From Verrucomicrobiota bacterium (GTDB lineage Bacteria; Verrucomicrobiota; Verrucomicrobiia; Chthoniobacterales; UBA10450), in contig JBKPMO010000001.1 of NCBI GenBank assembly GCA_046732175.1, forward strand, positions 11,310 through 75,309: a stretch of 64,000 bases of DNA, in the 5' to 3' direction. The notes beneath the pieces were generated by a model. It saw nothing but the letters and a program-made list of their open reading frames with translations. It was not told the origin of the DNA and searched no databases. The position numbers and the translations under genes are program-made. Below are positions 26,999-35,628 of this stretch, in pieces; the stretch's first letter is position 1; every line of letters starts with the position of its first letter.

Positions 26999-27071
26999 TG
27001 TAGGGCAAGCGCTCCGCTTGCCGGCCTTGATAGCGAAGCCGCCATTGGGCAGGCGGAGCGCCCGCCCTACA
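26999..27071. repeat. 73-bp palindromic (REP-like) element in the accB-accC spacer
   Basis: TGTAGGGCaaGCGCTCCGCtTGCC ... GGCAgGCGGAGCGCccGCCCTACA. The arms are about 22 bp around a 25-nt centre. Confidence 0.8.
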
Positions 27072-27079
27072 AATGCGCT

Positions 27080-27538
27080 TCATCGCACGCGATACAATAC
27101 CTGGCCAAATTGCACTGGCTTGCCGTTCTCCGCCACGATCTCCGCAATCACCCCATTGGTCTCGGCCTTGATTTCATTCATCACTTTCATCGCTTCGATA
27201 ATACAGACGACCGTTTCTTCGGTCACCTCCTTGCCGACCTCGACGAATGGAAGCGCGTCGGGCGAAGCCGTGCGATAAAATGTCCCAACCATCGGCGAAA
27301 CAATGTCACGCAAATGCGATGCCCCTGACGGCGTCCCGGCGACAGACGGGGCGGAGGTGGTGGCATTTGTTGGTCCGTTTTGCACTACCGGTGCGCTTGG
27401 CGCCGGCACCATCGAAACCGGTTGCTCGCTAATCCCTTTTTGCAATTTCAAGCGGAACCCGTCCTTCTCCATTTCGAACACGGAAAGGTCGTTTTTCCGC
27501 ATCAAATCGATGATGGCTTTAATATCTTTCAGTTCCAC
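27080..27538 (-). CDS. accB: Acetyl-CoA carboxylase biotin carboxyl carrier protein
   Basis: C-terminal biotinyl domain with the EAMKVMNEI motif. GTG start. Confidence 0.9.
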   Translation of the reverse strand: MELKDIKAIIDLMRKNDLSVFEMEKDGFRLKLQKGISEQPVSMVPAPSAPVVQNGPTNATTSAPSVAGTPSGASHLRDIVSPMVGTFYRTASPDALPFVEVGKEVTEETVVCIIEAMKVMNEIKAETNGVIAEIVAENGKPVQFGQVLYRVR

Positions 27539-27795
27539 GTCTGCGGGATGATTGAGCCGCTAGGTAACCCGCGTTCGCCAAGCAGGTCAAGGCGCGAAAT
27601 GCGGGTGCCGCAATGGAGGTTAGGCTTCCAGCCTGACTTGGCCGACAAGCTCCCAGCTTGTCGTAGTTGTGTTCACAGATCGACCGGCAAGGTTCCCGTC
27701 GTCCGAGACAGGCAGGGATGCCTATCTTCCGAACAGATCGCACGCCCCTGCCGGCGTGCAAGCTGTCGTTGCGCTATATAGTTAACATCCAAACG

Positions 27796-28566
27796 ATGAA
27801 CGGAGGGGCCGCCACCGATACACGCCGTCGCGAACATCGCGATTTCAAGATAATCGACGAGACGGACGAGTACATCGTAGTCGATAAGCCGCCGCTCTTG
27901 CTCGTGCACCCCTCCAAGCCGGATGGCACCGTGACGCTTTGGGCAGAATTACGCGACTTGCTCGCCTTTGAGATCGCCACCGGTGGACAGATATCCCTTG
28001 TTAATCGGCTCGATCGGGAGACCAGCGGCGTTGTCTTGGTTGCAAAGACGACGGCAGCGGCGCGTGAGTTCGGGCTTTGCATGCACGCGCGTCGGGTAAC
28101 CAAGGAATATCACGCCATTGTCTGGGGCTGGCCCGATTGGGAAAGCAAAACGGTCGATGCGCCGATTGTCCGGCAGGGTGAGGTCGAACGGTCAAAAATT
28201 TATTTGAAGCAAACGATCCACCAGCGCGGTGCGGAAGCCGTGACTGATTTTAAGACCTTGAGGCGGTTCCGTAAACACACGACAAACGGCGAATCGTTTT
28301 CGTTGGTGAAGGCGCACCCGTCAACCGGACGAACACACCAAATTCGCGTGCATCTCGCGTCGCTGGGGCATCCGATAGTTGGCGACAAAATATACGGACC
28401 GGCTGAAAATTTGTATCTTCGGTTTATCGAAACCGGCTGGACAGATGAATTGGCGAGCAAGTTGCTGCTGAAGCGACATGCCCTGCACGCTTCACGATTG
28501 CGTATTGATGAACAGCGCGACTGGTCGAGTCCACTACCGCCAGACTTGTCCGATTGGATATCGTAG
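27796..28566 (+). CDS. RluA-family pseudouridine synthase
   Basis: Start moved to ATG 27796. Motifs: VVDKP..LLVHP, LVNRLDRETSGV.LVAK, HQIRVHLA..GHPIVGD..YG. Confidence 0.85.
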   Translation: MNGGAATDTRRREHRDFKIIDETDEYIVVDKPPLLLVHPSKPDGTVTLWAELRDLLAFEIATGGQISLVNRLDRETSGVVLVAKTTAAAREFGLCMHARRVTKEYHAIVWGWPDWESKTVDAPIVRQGEVERSKIYLKQTIHQRGAEAVTDFKTLRRFRKHTTNGESFSLVKAHPSTGRTHQIRVHLASLGHPIVGDKIYGPAENLYLRFIETGWTDELASKLLLKRHALHASRLRIDEQRDWSSPLPPDLSDWIS

Positions 28567-28596
28567 CCGGGATCGGTGATCCCGGCTGGCTTTTGT
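28566..28596 (+). terminator. Rho-independent terminator of the rluA-like gene
   Basis: GCCGGGATC-ggt-GATCCCGGC followed by TGGCTTTTGT. The hairpin starts at the last base of the stop codon. Confidence 0.7.
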
Positions 28597-28600
28597 ATTA

Positions 28601-28729
28601 GGAGCGCACGCGCTTCGCGTGCTATGCCAGTCCGGCTCGGACTTGCGGCGGCTCGCCGCAATGTTGCTTGGTGAAAGAAGTTCGCGATGGCGAGGCGCCA
28701 ACGCCAGTACGCGAGGGCGCGTGCGCTCC
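28601..28729. repeat. MITE/REP-like element bounded by 13-bp perfect inverted repeats
   Basis: GGAGCGCACGCGC (28601-28613) and GCGCGTGCGCTCC (28717-28729). It contains the module TGCCAGTCCGGCTCGGAC (28625-28642), which recurs at 32582-32599 and 44322-44338 in inverse orientation. Confidence 0.6.
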
Positions 28730-28784
28730 CCAGATACAGCGCGCCGATTGCAAACAATGTCGTCCCTTTTATCGTGAACGGCTC

Positions 28785-29393
28785 ATGAGACGACGGGCTG
28801 GGACAATTATCGGGCTGTTCTTGGCGATTACGCAATGCGTCTTCGCCGGAAGCGATGGCGGCGTAAGTTCCACTGTTTCGGAAAAACCGCCTCCATTCGA
28901 TTTTGCGCTGGAGACCGCATATCTGTTTGGGGTTATTAATCCTCCTGCCAATTACCAGATCAGCGCGAATTTTCTAACCGCGCGCGTTCGCTGGGGCGAT
29001 TATCTCGCCCGCGGGGGATTTTTTCGAGGTTACAATCAGGTTTACCTGAGCTTCCTGGCCGAGCCGATCATTCGCGGGATCGAAAACCATTACTTCGGAA
29101 TGAACGTGGGATTACGTTACAACTTTGTCCGGCCGGGCAGCCGAATCGTTCCCTATTTTTCCGGCGGGCTCGGACTGGGTTCTATCGACAGCCAGCCCGA
29201 GCGATTCGGTGGGCAGGGACAGGATTTTACTTTCAATGTTCTAAGTGCTGTCGGCTTGTCGTATCAATTCAGTGACCGTTTTAGCGGTCAGCTCGGAGTG
29301 CTCTACCAACATCTTTCCAATGCCGGCCAGACTGATCCCAACCCCAGCCTGAATCTTTTTGGGCCAGAGGTTGGGTTTACGTTCTCATTTTAG
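28785..29393 (+). CDS. Outer-membrane beta-barrel, lipid A deacylase (PagL)/acyloxyacyl-hydrolase-like
   Basis: Start moved to ATG 28785 (signal MRRRAGTIIGLFLAITQCVFA). Alternating beta-strand pattern, YQHLSNAG (H-x-S-N motif as in PagL), and a terminal GFTFSF. Confidence 0.6.
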   Translation: MRRRAGTIIGLFLAITQCVFAGSDGGVSSTVSEKPPPFDFALETAYLFGVINPPANYQISANFLTARVRWGDYLARGGFFRGYNQVYLSFLAEPIIRGIENHYFGMNVGLRYNFVRPGSRIVPYFSGGLGLGSIDSQPERFGGQGQDFTFNVLSAVGLSYQFSDRFSGQLGVLYQHLSNAGQTDPNPSLNLFGPEVGFTFSF

Positions 29394-29408
29394 CGCTCGT
29401 GCCCGGAA

Positions 29409-30023
29409 GTGAATTTGCCGAGTGAAAACATTCTGGTAGTCAGACGCAGCCTGTTTGATAAACTGGGCGCGTTTCAGGGATTAACCTTCGATCCACAGCG
29501 TTATCTCGGTGCGCTTCTGTCTCGTGGGAACAATTTCTTTTTGCCACGTGCTGCTGCTGAGAACGATCCTACTCACAAGCAAATTATTCCCTATGTCATT
29601 GTCGCCCATCGCGATCGTGTGCTGTATTACGTGCGCGGAAAAAAGGCGGGCGAGCAACGATTGGTCGCAAAGGGATCAATCGGAATCGGCGGACACATGA
29701 ACGACACCGACGAGTCGTTGTTTGCCTGGGACGAGGAAGCTTATCGGGCGGGGGTTCAACGCGAAGTGAACGAAGAGATTCGAATCGAAACAACCTTCGA
29801 CGATCGCATTGTCGCGCTGTTGAACGACGACAGCACGGAAGTTGGGCGCGTTCATCTCGGAGTGGTGCATGTTTTCAAACTCGATGAACCAAAAGTCGAG
29901 AAACGTGAGGCAATGATTACGAATCTGGAATTTGTCGCGCGCGAAGAATTACTGAAGCGCCGAGCCACGCTGGAGACATGGTCGCAGCTATGTGTTGATC
30001 AATTCGAAAAGTTGCTGGCGTGA
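29409..30023 (+). CDS. NUDIX-fold hydrolase-like protein (degenerate Nudix box)
   Basis: KQIIPYV.V, GIGGH ... REVNEEIRI resembles G-x5-E-x7-REUXEEXGU with an insertion and a G-to-R change. GTG start. Confidence 0.5.
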   Translation: MNLPSENILVVRRSLFDKLGAFQGLTFDPQRYLGALLSRGNNFFLPRAAAENDPTHKQIIPYVIVAHRDRVLYYVRGKKAGEQRLVAKGSIGIGGHMNDTDESLFAWDEEAYRAGVQREVNEEIRIETTFDDRIVALLNDDSTEVGRVHLGVVHVFKLDEPKVEKREAMITNLEFVAREELLKRRATLETWSQLCVDQFEKLLA

Positions 30024-30033
30024 GCCGTTCGGC

Positions 30034-30537
30034 CTATTCCGGCGGGCGCTCGTAGGTGACGCCAAAATCGGTGATCAACCAGATACCGCTCGGGCGCGCA
30101 ATGGTGAAGTTCACGGTAGCATGCTGGGTGGGATAAGTGAGAATGGTTTTGTAACTGCCGTGCGGCGAAACGAAGTAACCGTCAAACTCCAGTTTGCCGT
30201 CGAGGGCGTAATTGCGGTCGGGAACGCCGAGTTTGGTCAGGTAAAAGATGAACTGATCGTCCATCGCCGGCGGTACGGCCACGCGGCGATCTGCGGCAAC
30301 CTTGCTGTGAAGCCATTTTACGTCGTGCTGGAAAGCGCACTTTTCGATTAATTCATGAGCGAAACGCTCACCTTCGACTTTCGCGTCCTTTCGCATGCTG
30401 TTGAGAAAAAACAGCCCGGCGGCAATGACGGCGATAACAATAATAATGAAAACCAGCGCTTGCCCTCGCTCGGATGCCGCGCGCGGGCGATTCGGCGAGT
30501 CGTCACAGCGTTTTGTTGTTAACGAGTATTTGGTCAT
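30034..30537 (-). CDS. Hypothetical membrane-anchored protein
   Basis: 167 aa with a single N-terminal TM (ALVFIIIVIAVIAAGLFFL). No family recognised. Confidence 0.5.
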   Translation of the reverse strand: MTKYSLTTKRCDDSPNRPRAASERGQALVFIIIVIAVIAAGLFFLNSMRKDAKVEGERFAHELIEKCAFQHDVKWLHSKVAADRRVAVPPAMDDQFIFYLTKLGVPDRNYALDGKLEFDGYFVSPHGSYKTILTYPTQHATVNFTIARPSGIWLITDFGVTYERPPE

Positions 30538-30565
30538 TATTCAGATTCGGCGGTTATAGTCGCCC

Positions 30566-30725
30566 CGCTCTGTCAGGGCGTCCCGACTGCAAATGATGGC
30601 GACAGAGCGCCCGGGTCAATATGAAAGAGCATTATGAGACGGCCTTCTGTCCCTTGCCAAGCTTTCTTTCCGATTGTGGCATGGCCATCGTGGCTGTGGG
30701 GCCAACGGGCATCTTGCCCGTTGCC
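30566..30725. repeat. Intergenic block of REP-like hairpins sharing a module with 32557-32572
   Basis: CGCTCTGTC/GACAGAGCG inverted repeat (30566-30609). The hairpin GGCCAACGGGCATCTTGCCCGTTGCC contains CCAACGGGCATCTTGC (30702-30717), which is the reverse complement of 32557-32572. Confidence 0.55.
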
Positions 30726-30732
30726 AGCGGCG

Positions 30733-31074
30733 TCAGTTCCCGTAACCGAATCCGGTTCCCTTAATCACCTGATTGTCGCGGATCAATGCGCCATGGGATT
30801 GTTTACCGGTGTACTGGCCAAAGCGATTCCGTGAGTTCACTCGAAACTCTACCAGCCACCCGTAAATGTGCTCGCCATTCTTACCCAGATCAGCTGGCTT
30901 CGGATCGCCTTGCCATTCAATTTTCGCGCTGTCGGCATCGAGCAGCGTTCCTTGGAGCCAATTCCAGACAATTTCCTTGTAGTTTTTCGGATACGGTCCG
31001 CAAAGAGCGGGATCGAAATTTTGCCCGAGGAGGTCGACGGCAAAAAGGCAAGTCAGGAGGAGGAAGATCTTCAC
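30733..31074 (-). CDS. Hypothetical secreted protein
   Basis: 113 aa with signal-like MKIFLLLTCLFAVDLLG. No family recognised. Confidence 0.5.
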   Translation of the reverse strand: MKIFLLLTCLFAVDLLGQNFDPALCGPYPKNYKEIVWNWLQGTLLDADSAKIEWQGDPKPADLGKNGEHIYGWLVEFRVNSRNRFGQYTGKQSHGALIRDNQVIKGTGFGYGN

Positions 31075-31186
31075 AACTCAAGAAAAGCAAAACAAAGGTG
31101 ATCGTCGATGAAAAAGTTGCGCTCTTGTGAAAGGTCCCGCGTGAAACAGACTTTCCCGTCCAAGCTAATCGCTCCAGATTCTTAAA

Positions 31187-32482
31187 ATGATCGTTCGTGT
31201 CATCATTTTCATAGTTGTGCTCGCTTGTTGCTCAAACAGCCTGCCCGCGCAGGAAACTCCAATACCTTCGCTGGGGCCGGTGGCGACTCCCACCGGCATC
31301 ACAGATTCGGCGGCAGCGACGCGCGCCTGGCTTGACACCATTCCGGGGGCTGAAAAAGCGCGCTCAGATTCATATTTCGAAGGCGGTTATTGGCTGATTC
31401 TTTGGAATTTTCTGCTTACTGCTGCGATTGCCTTGCTCCTCCTGACCACCAGGCTTTCCGCACGAATTCGGGATCTGGCTGCCACATTAACGAGATTCAG
31501 GCCAATCCAGGCTGGCATCTACGCGATTGGGTTTGCTCTTATTACGGCGATATTGAATTTTCCGCTGAATTTTTACGAAGGTTTCGTACGGGAGCATCAG
31601 TATGGAATGTCCAATCAAACCTTTTGGGCATGGTTTGCCGAATCGCTCCACGCTCTCGAGATTGGTGTCGTTGTTTTGGCTATCTCTCTCGCGATTCTCT
31701 ACCGCATTTTCCAGGCGACAGAACGCACCTGGTGGATCTGGGGAACGGTATTTGGAATCATCTTGGTCACGATTGGAAACATGGCGGCGCCGGTTCTGAT
31801 CGAACCGATCTTTAATAAATACACCCCGCTGACCAATCCAAAGATTCGCGATCCAATTCTGGCTCTGGCGCGCGCGAACCAGATTCCGGTCGCGCAAGTT
31901 TTCGTCGTCGATCAGTCCAGACAAACCAAGCGAGTGAGCGCAAATGTTTCAGGATTGGCCGGCACGACCCGAATTGCCCTTAATGACAATCTGTTGAGTC
32001 AATGCACGCTGCCCGAGATTCGGGAAGTGATGGCGCACGAGATGGGCCATTACGTTTTGAATCACGGTGCCAAGGGCACAGCGTTTCTCGGGATCTTCAT
32101 TTTCATCGGCTTCAGTCTGGCCGCGCTTATATTCAACCGAGTGATTGGAAAACGCGGACCGGCGTGGGGCGTAAGCGGAATCGCTGATCCGGCGGGATTC
32201 CCGCTCTTGATGTTGATCTTTGCGACTTACGGATTCGTGCTGACGCCGATCTCGAATACGATAGGTCGCAACATTGAGCGGGAAGCGGATGCGTTTGCCA
32301 TTAATACAGCGCGCGAGCCCGACGCCGCAGCCATGGTTGCATTGAAGCTGGGGAAATATCGGAAGATGGAGCCCAGTCCATTGGAGGAATTCATCTTTTT
32401 CGATCACCCCAGTGGTCGTTCACGCATTCGCATGGCGATGGATTGGAAGGCGGCGCAGTTGACTTGCGGGGAGACAAAGTAG
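31187..32482 (+). CDS. M48-family (Ste24/HtpX-like) membrane zinc metalloprotease
   Basis: Multiple TM segments, the HEMGH zinc motif (MAHEMGHYVLNH), and a downstream E..AD. Confidence 0.85.
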   Translation: MIVRVIIFIVVLACCSNSLPAQETPIPSLGPVATPTGITDSAAATRAWLDTIPGAEKARSDSYFEGGYWLILWNFLLTAAIALLLLTTRLSARIRDLAATLTRFRPIQAGIYAIGFALITAILNFPLNFYEGFVREHQYGMSNQTFWAWFAESLHALEIGVVVLAISLAILYRIFQATERTWWIWGTVFGIILVTIGNMAAPVLIEPIFNKYTPLTNPKIRDPILALARANQIPVAQVFVVDQSRQTKRVSANVSGLAGTTRIALNDNLLSQCTLPEIREVMAHEMGHYVLNHGAKGTAFLGIFIFIGFSLAALIFNRVIGKRGPAWGVSGIADPAGFPLLMLIFATYGFVLTPISNTIGRNIEREADAFAINTAREPDAAAMVALKLGKYRKMEPSPLEEFIFFDHPSGRSRIRMAMDWKAAQLTCGETK

Positions 32483-32499
32483 CAACCCCGAAGCGCTTG

Positions 32500-32640
32500 G
32501 CTGCACGAGACTCTAACTGGGAGGCGCGACTCCCAAGTCGCCGACCTATCCAAACTGCAAGATGCCCGTTGGCTCCACGAGGTCCGAGCCGGACTGGCAT
32601 TAGATGCCTGTGCTACTGCAATACATTAACCGCCAGAAGC
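32500..32640. repeat. Composite REP-like block between convergent genes
   Basis: GGGAG-gcgcga-CTCCC hairpin. GCAAGATGCCCGTTGG (32557-32572) and GTCCGAGCCGGACTGGCA (32582-32599) are shared with other intergenic blocks. Confidence 0.55.
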
Positions 32641-32662
32641 GGCGAACAGCTGGCATCCCTGT

Positions 32663-33835
32663 CTAGTCGCGCTCGTCGATCGGAACGACCTTTTTACCTG
32701 CCGGTTCACCCACATACTGACTCAACGGTCGGTAGAGGCGATTGTCTTCCAATTGCTCGAGCACCTGTGCGCACCAGCCCGCGCATCTGGCAACGGCGAA
32801 AATCGGTGTGAAAAGATCGGTCGGAATACCTAACGAGTAGTAGACCGTCGCGGAATAAAAATCGACGTTGGCGTTCAAATTTTTCTTCTCTTTCATCAAC
32901 TGAGCGATCCGTTCCGACATCCGGATCCATTTCGGTTCGCCGATTTTTTCGCTCAGCTTTCTCGCCATCGCTCGCAGATGTGGCGCGCGCGGGTCCAGCG
33001 TTTTGTAAACGCGATGGCCAATGCCCATGATCTTCTTTTTCTGTGTCAGTTGTTTTTCAATGTAAGCATCCACGTTCTTTTCGTCTCCTATCTCCTGCAG
33101 CATGTGAATGACGCCCTCGTTGGCGCCGCCATGCAACGGCCCTTTCAGAGTCCCGATCGCCGCAGTGATGGCCGAATAAAAGTCGCTCAGCGTCGAAATC
33201 GTTACCCGGGCGCTAAACGTCGATGCATTCATTCCGTGATCGGCGTGCAGGACAAAAGCGACATCCAGCGCGTCGCTCGCCTCCTGGGGCTGTGGTTCGC
33301 CACATATTAAATAGAGGAAATGCTCCGCCTCAGTCAGGTCGTCGCGCACTGGTGGCAAAGATTTCCCCTGCCGGGCGCGATGAAAATAAGCGGCGATGAC
33401 CCCAATTTTGGCGGTGATACTTCGGGCGCGTCGCTCGTTTATTTCCCTTGTCGCTTCTTTGTGGATATCGGGATCGTAAAGCCCGAGCATCGAGATGGCC
33501 GTGCGCATCACGTCCATGGGATCAGCATCCTTTGGGGCCGACTTTATGAACTCGATAACCGGATCTGGCAGCTGCCGCTCCGCTCGCAACGCATGCATGA
33601 ATTCATCGAGTTCGCGGCGGTTAGGCAGCTTTCCTTTCCACAACAGATAGACCACTTCCTTGTAACTGACTTTTCCGGCGAGATCGTTGATGTCGTAACC
33701 GGAATAAATGAGCTGACCCTTATCGCCGATGACGTCGCTTAATCGCGTCGTATTGGCAATAATACCTTCCAAGCCACGGGCAACGTTCGCCGCCTTTGGC
33801 TGCGGGGCAGGTCCTGTTTTCTGCAATTCGGACAT
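32663..33835 (-). CDS. gltA: Citrate synthase (about 390-aa type)
   Basis: GLEG....T..S.....G.L.Y.GY.I.DL, HADHG.NAST, GPLHGGANE, GHRVYK..DPRA. Confidence 0.95.
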   Translation of the reverse strand: MSELQKTGPAPQPKAANVARGLEGIIANTTRLSDVIGDKGQLIYSGYDINDLAGKVSYKEVVYLLWKGKLPNRRELDEFMHALRAERQLPDPVIEFIKSAPKDADPMDVMRTAISMLGLYDPDIHKEATREINERRARSITAKIGVIAAYFHRARQGKSLPPVRDDLTEAEHFLYLICGEPQPQEASDALDVAFVLHADHGMNASTFSARVTISTLSDFYSAITAAIGTLKGPLHGGANEGVIHMLQEIGDEKNVDAYIEKQLTQKKKIMGIGHRVYKTLDPRAPHLRAMARKLSEKIGEPKWIRMSERIAQLMKEKKNLNANVDFYSATVYYSLGIPTDLFTPIFAVARCAGWCAQVLEQLEDNRLYRPLSQYVGEPAGKKVVPIDERD

Positions 33836-33850
33836 TTCAGCGAAAGTAGC

Positions 33851-34726
33851 TCAGCGCTTCATTCGCGCAATGAGCGTATCCGCCATTGTTGCTGGTGTTT
33901 CGGCTACGGCAATGCCGGCGGCCTTGAGCGCCTCGATTTTTCCCTCAGCTGTGCCCTTGCCACCGGAGACAATGGCGCCAGCATGTCCCATCCGGCGGCC
34001 GGGCGGGGCGGTAACGCCGGCGATGAAAGCCGCGATCGGTTTGCGGCAATTATCCTTGATCCATGCAGCGGCTTCTTCTTCGGCCGAGCCGCCGATTTCG
34101 CCAATCAGTATCATCGCTTCGGTCCCGGGATCATCATTGAAAATCCTGACGGCATCGAGATGTGACATGCCGTTAATTGGATCGCCGCCAATTCCGATGC
34201 AGGTCGATTGTCCATGTCCACGACTCGTTAGCTGCCAAACTGCTTCATAGGTTAGCGTTCCCGAGCGGGAAATGACGCCAATATTTCCAGGTTTATGAAT
34301 GTAACCCGGCATGATTCCGATCTTGGCCGCTCCGGGAGTGATGATCCCGGGACAATTTGGGCCAATCAGGCGTGATGCCTTTCCGGCCATCTGCGCTTTC
34401 ACTCGCATCATGTCCATCACAGGAATGCCTTCCGTGATGCACACAACCAGCTCGACGCCAGCGTCAGCGGCTTCGAGAATGGAATCGGCCGCGCCCGCCG
34501 GTGGCACAAAGATCATTGAGACATTGCATCCGGTTTCGCGTCGCGCTTCCGCGACGGTGTCGAACACAGGAACTTTGTTGTCGAATTTTTGGCCGCCTTT
34601 TCCCGGAGTCACGCCGGCGACAACATTAGTTCCATACTCCATGCATTGGCGCGTGTGAAAGGCACCGGCGCTGCCGGTGATTCCCTGCACCAAGAGGCGA
34701 GTGTTTTTATCGACTAAAACAGACAT
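33851..34726 (-). CDS. sucD: Succinyl-CoA ligase subunit alpha
   Basis: Start moved to ATG 34726 ([18 protein letters not shown]). Motifs: [22 protein letters not shown]. The longer track ORF reads through the repeat array ([14 protein letters not shown]). Confidence 0.95.
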   Translation of the reverse strand: MSVLVDKNTRLLVQGITGSAGAFHTRQCMEYGTNVVAGVTPGKGGQKFDNKVPVFDTVAEARRETGCNVSMIFVPPAGAADSILEAADAGVELVVCITEGIPVMDMMRVKAQMAGKASRLIGPNCPGIITPGAAKIGIMPGYIHKPGNIGVISRSGTLTYEAVWQLTSRGHGQSTCIGIGGDPINGMSHLDAVRIFNDDPGTEAMILIGEIGGSAEEEAAAWIKDNCRKPIAAFIAGVTAPPGRRMGHAGAIVSGGKGTAEGKIEALKAAGIAVAETPATMADTLIARMKR

Positions 34727-34732
34727 GGTTGA

Positions 34733-34813
34733 AATGACGAATGACGAAACCCGAATGACGAAGCTCGAATGACGAGACCCGAGTGCTGGCTGTTGTCTTC
34801 GTCCTTCGTCATT
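34733..34813. repeat. Array of the 8-mer AATGACGA (4 direct copies plus 1-2 inverted) in the VOC-sucD spacer
   Basis: Plus-strand AATGACGA at 34733, 34740, 34754 and 34768. TCGTCATT at 34806, with a degenerate copy at 34799. GAAATGACGAATGACGAA is complementary to TTCGTCCTTCGTCATTTC. Confidence 0.85.
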
Positions 34814-35162
34814 TCTTTCTCTTATGCACGACCAGTTTGTTGCCATCGGGATCGCGAAACTGCGCCATCCAACAAACCGGCGTCTCGGTTTTGGGAATAT
34901 CGAAGGTAACGCCGCGCGATTTCAGTTTCTCGATCGTCGTGTCCATGTCATCGACTTCGAATGCGACCGTTGTTCCTTCGCGCGACGGTTTCCAGGCCGG
35001 ATGGCACCCGACACCGATGGTGGTGTCACCGAAATCATACTCGACCCATGCGCCTCCCATTTGGCCTCTGGCCGGCTTCAATTCCAATGTTTCCTGATAA
35101 AATTTGCGCGCGCGCTCGGCATCGGAGACGGCGATGGCGACAAAGGCGACTTCTTTAATCAT
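34809..35162 (-). CDS. VOC-family (glyoxalase/bleomycin-resistance/dioxygenase fold) protein
   Basis: 117 aa. Contains ...A..FY...L.L........GG.WVEY ... F.V.D.......L...GV.F ... F.DPDGN...V. Confidence 0.85.
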   Translation of the reverse strand: MIKEVAFVAIAVSDAERARKFYQETLELKPARGQMGGAWVEYDFGDTTIGVGCHPAWKPSREGTTVAFEVDDMDTTIEKLKSRGVTFDIPKTETPVCWMAQFRDPDGNKLVVHKRKK

Positions 35163-35542
35163 ATGCAGGGTTCTTTCTCGTTTTCTGGTTTCAACTTGTG
35201 AATGACGATGTTGTTACCGTCAGGATCCGTGATGATCGCCATGCGACAACAGGGACTCTCGAACGGCTCGGTCGTGAAAGGTACATTTTGACCCTTCAAA
35301 TAGGTGATCGCCTCATCGAAGTTCTCGACCTCCAGGGCCGCTCCGGTTCCTTGATCCGACGGCACCCATTGCGGACCGACACTGGCAATGGCGAGCGTGT
35401 TATTGCCAAGGGAATATTCCACCCACTTTCCACCCATCATTTCTTCCGAAACTTTCAGCCCGAGCACGCCCTCATAAAATGCGCGTGCCCCTTTCATATC
35501 CGTGACGGGAATGCCGACGAAAGCGAGGGCGTTGATTTTCAT
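35159..35542 (-). CDS. VOC-family protein, tandem paralog of 34809-35162
   Basis: Start taken at ATG 35542 (MKINALAFVGIPV). It shows the same motif series as its neighbour. ATGA stop/start overlap at 35159-35162. Confidence 0.85.
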   Translation of the reverse strand: MKINALAFVGIPVTDMKGARAFYEGVLGLKVSEEMMGGKWVEYSLGNNTLAIASVGPQWVPSDQGTGAALEVENFDEAITYLKGQNVPFTTEPFESPCCRMAIITDPDGNNIVIHKLKPENEKEPCI

Positions 35543-35581
35543 AACGATCCTAAGAAAATGCACCGCTGCTATTTTCGTGCT

Positions 35582-35628
35582 TCGTCATTTGGGCTCCCTT
35601 CGTCATTCGACATCCGTCATTCGTCATT
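35582..35628. repeat. Array of the same 8-mer in the opposite orientation (TCGTCATT x4) in the sucC-VOC spacer
   Basis: Plus-strand TCGTCATT at 35582, 35600 and 35621, plus CCGTCATT at 35614. The sucC stop codon (35617-35619) lies inside a unit. Confidence 0.85.

Noticed and set aside
27539-27795. Structured 257-bp divergent region upstream of accB as a possible riboswitch or novel RNA
   Set aside because: It contains several short hairpins (GACAAGCT-ccc-AGCTTGTC and AGGCT-tcc-AGCCT) that resemble the dispersed REP-like phrases seen elsewhere. I saw no recognisable conserved RNA motif and cannot support a call.
28200-28835. 211-aa minus-strand ORF spanning the rluA 3' end and the REP-like block
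   Set aside because: It is antisense to a well-supported gene for half its length. The rest is translation of palindromic repeat sequence. No motifs were found.
33851-34846. Long N-terminal extensions in the ORF track for sucD, sucC (to 36885), rluA-like (27667), pagL-like (28668), GNAT (20334), flippase-like (51286), the 3D protein (43420) and SRPBCC (59341)
   Set aside because: The extensions read through repeat elements or upstream genes (for example [14 protein letters not shown]). Internal ATG or GTG codons give canonical N-termini and typical stop/start coupling.
34733-35628. Whether the AATGACGA arrays could be a tiny CRISPR array
   Set aside because: The units are only 8 nt with 7-18-nt spacing and there are 4-5 copies per array. 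The two arrays have opposite orientation, and no cas genes are present. This does not fit CRISPR architecture.
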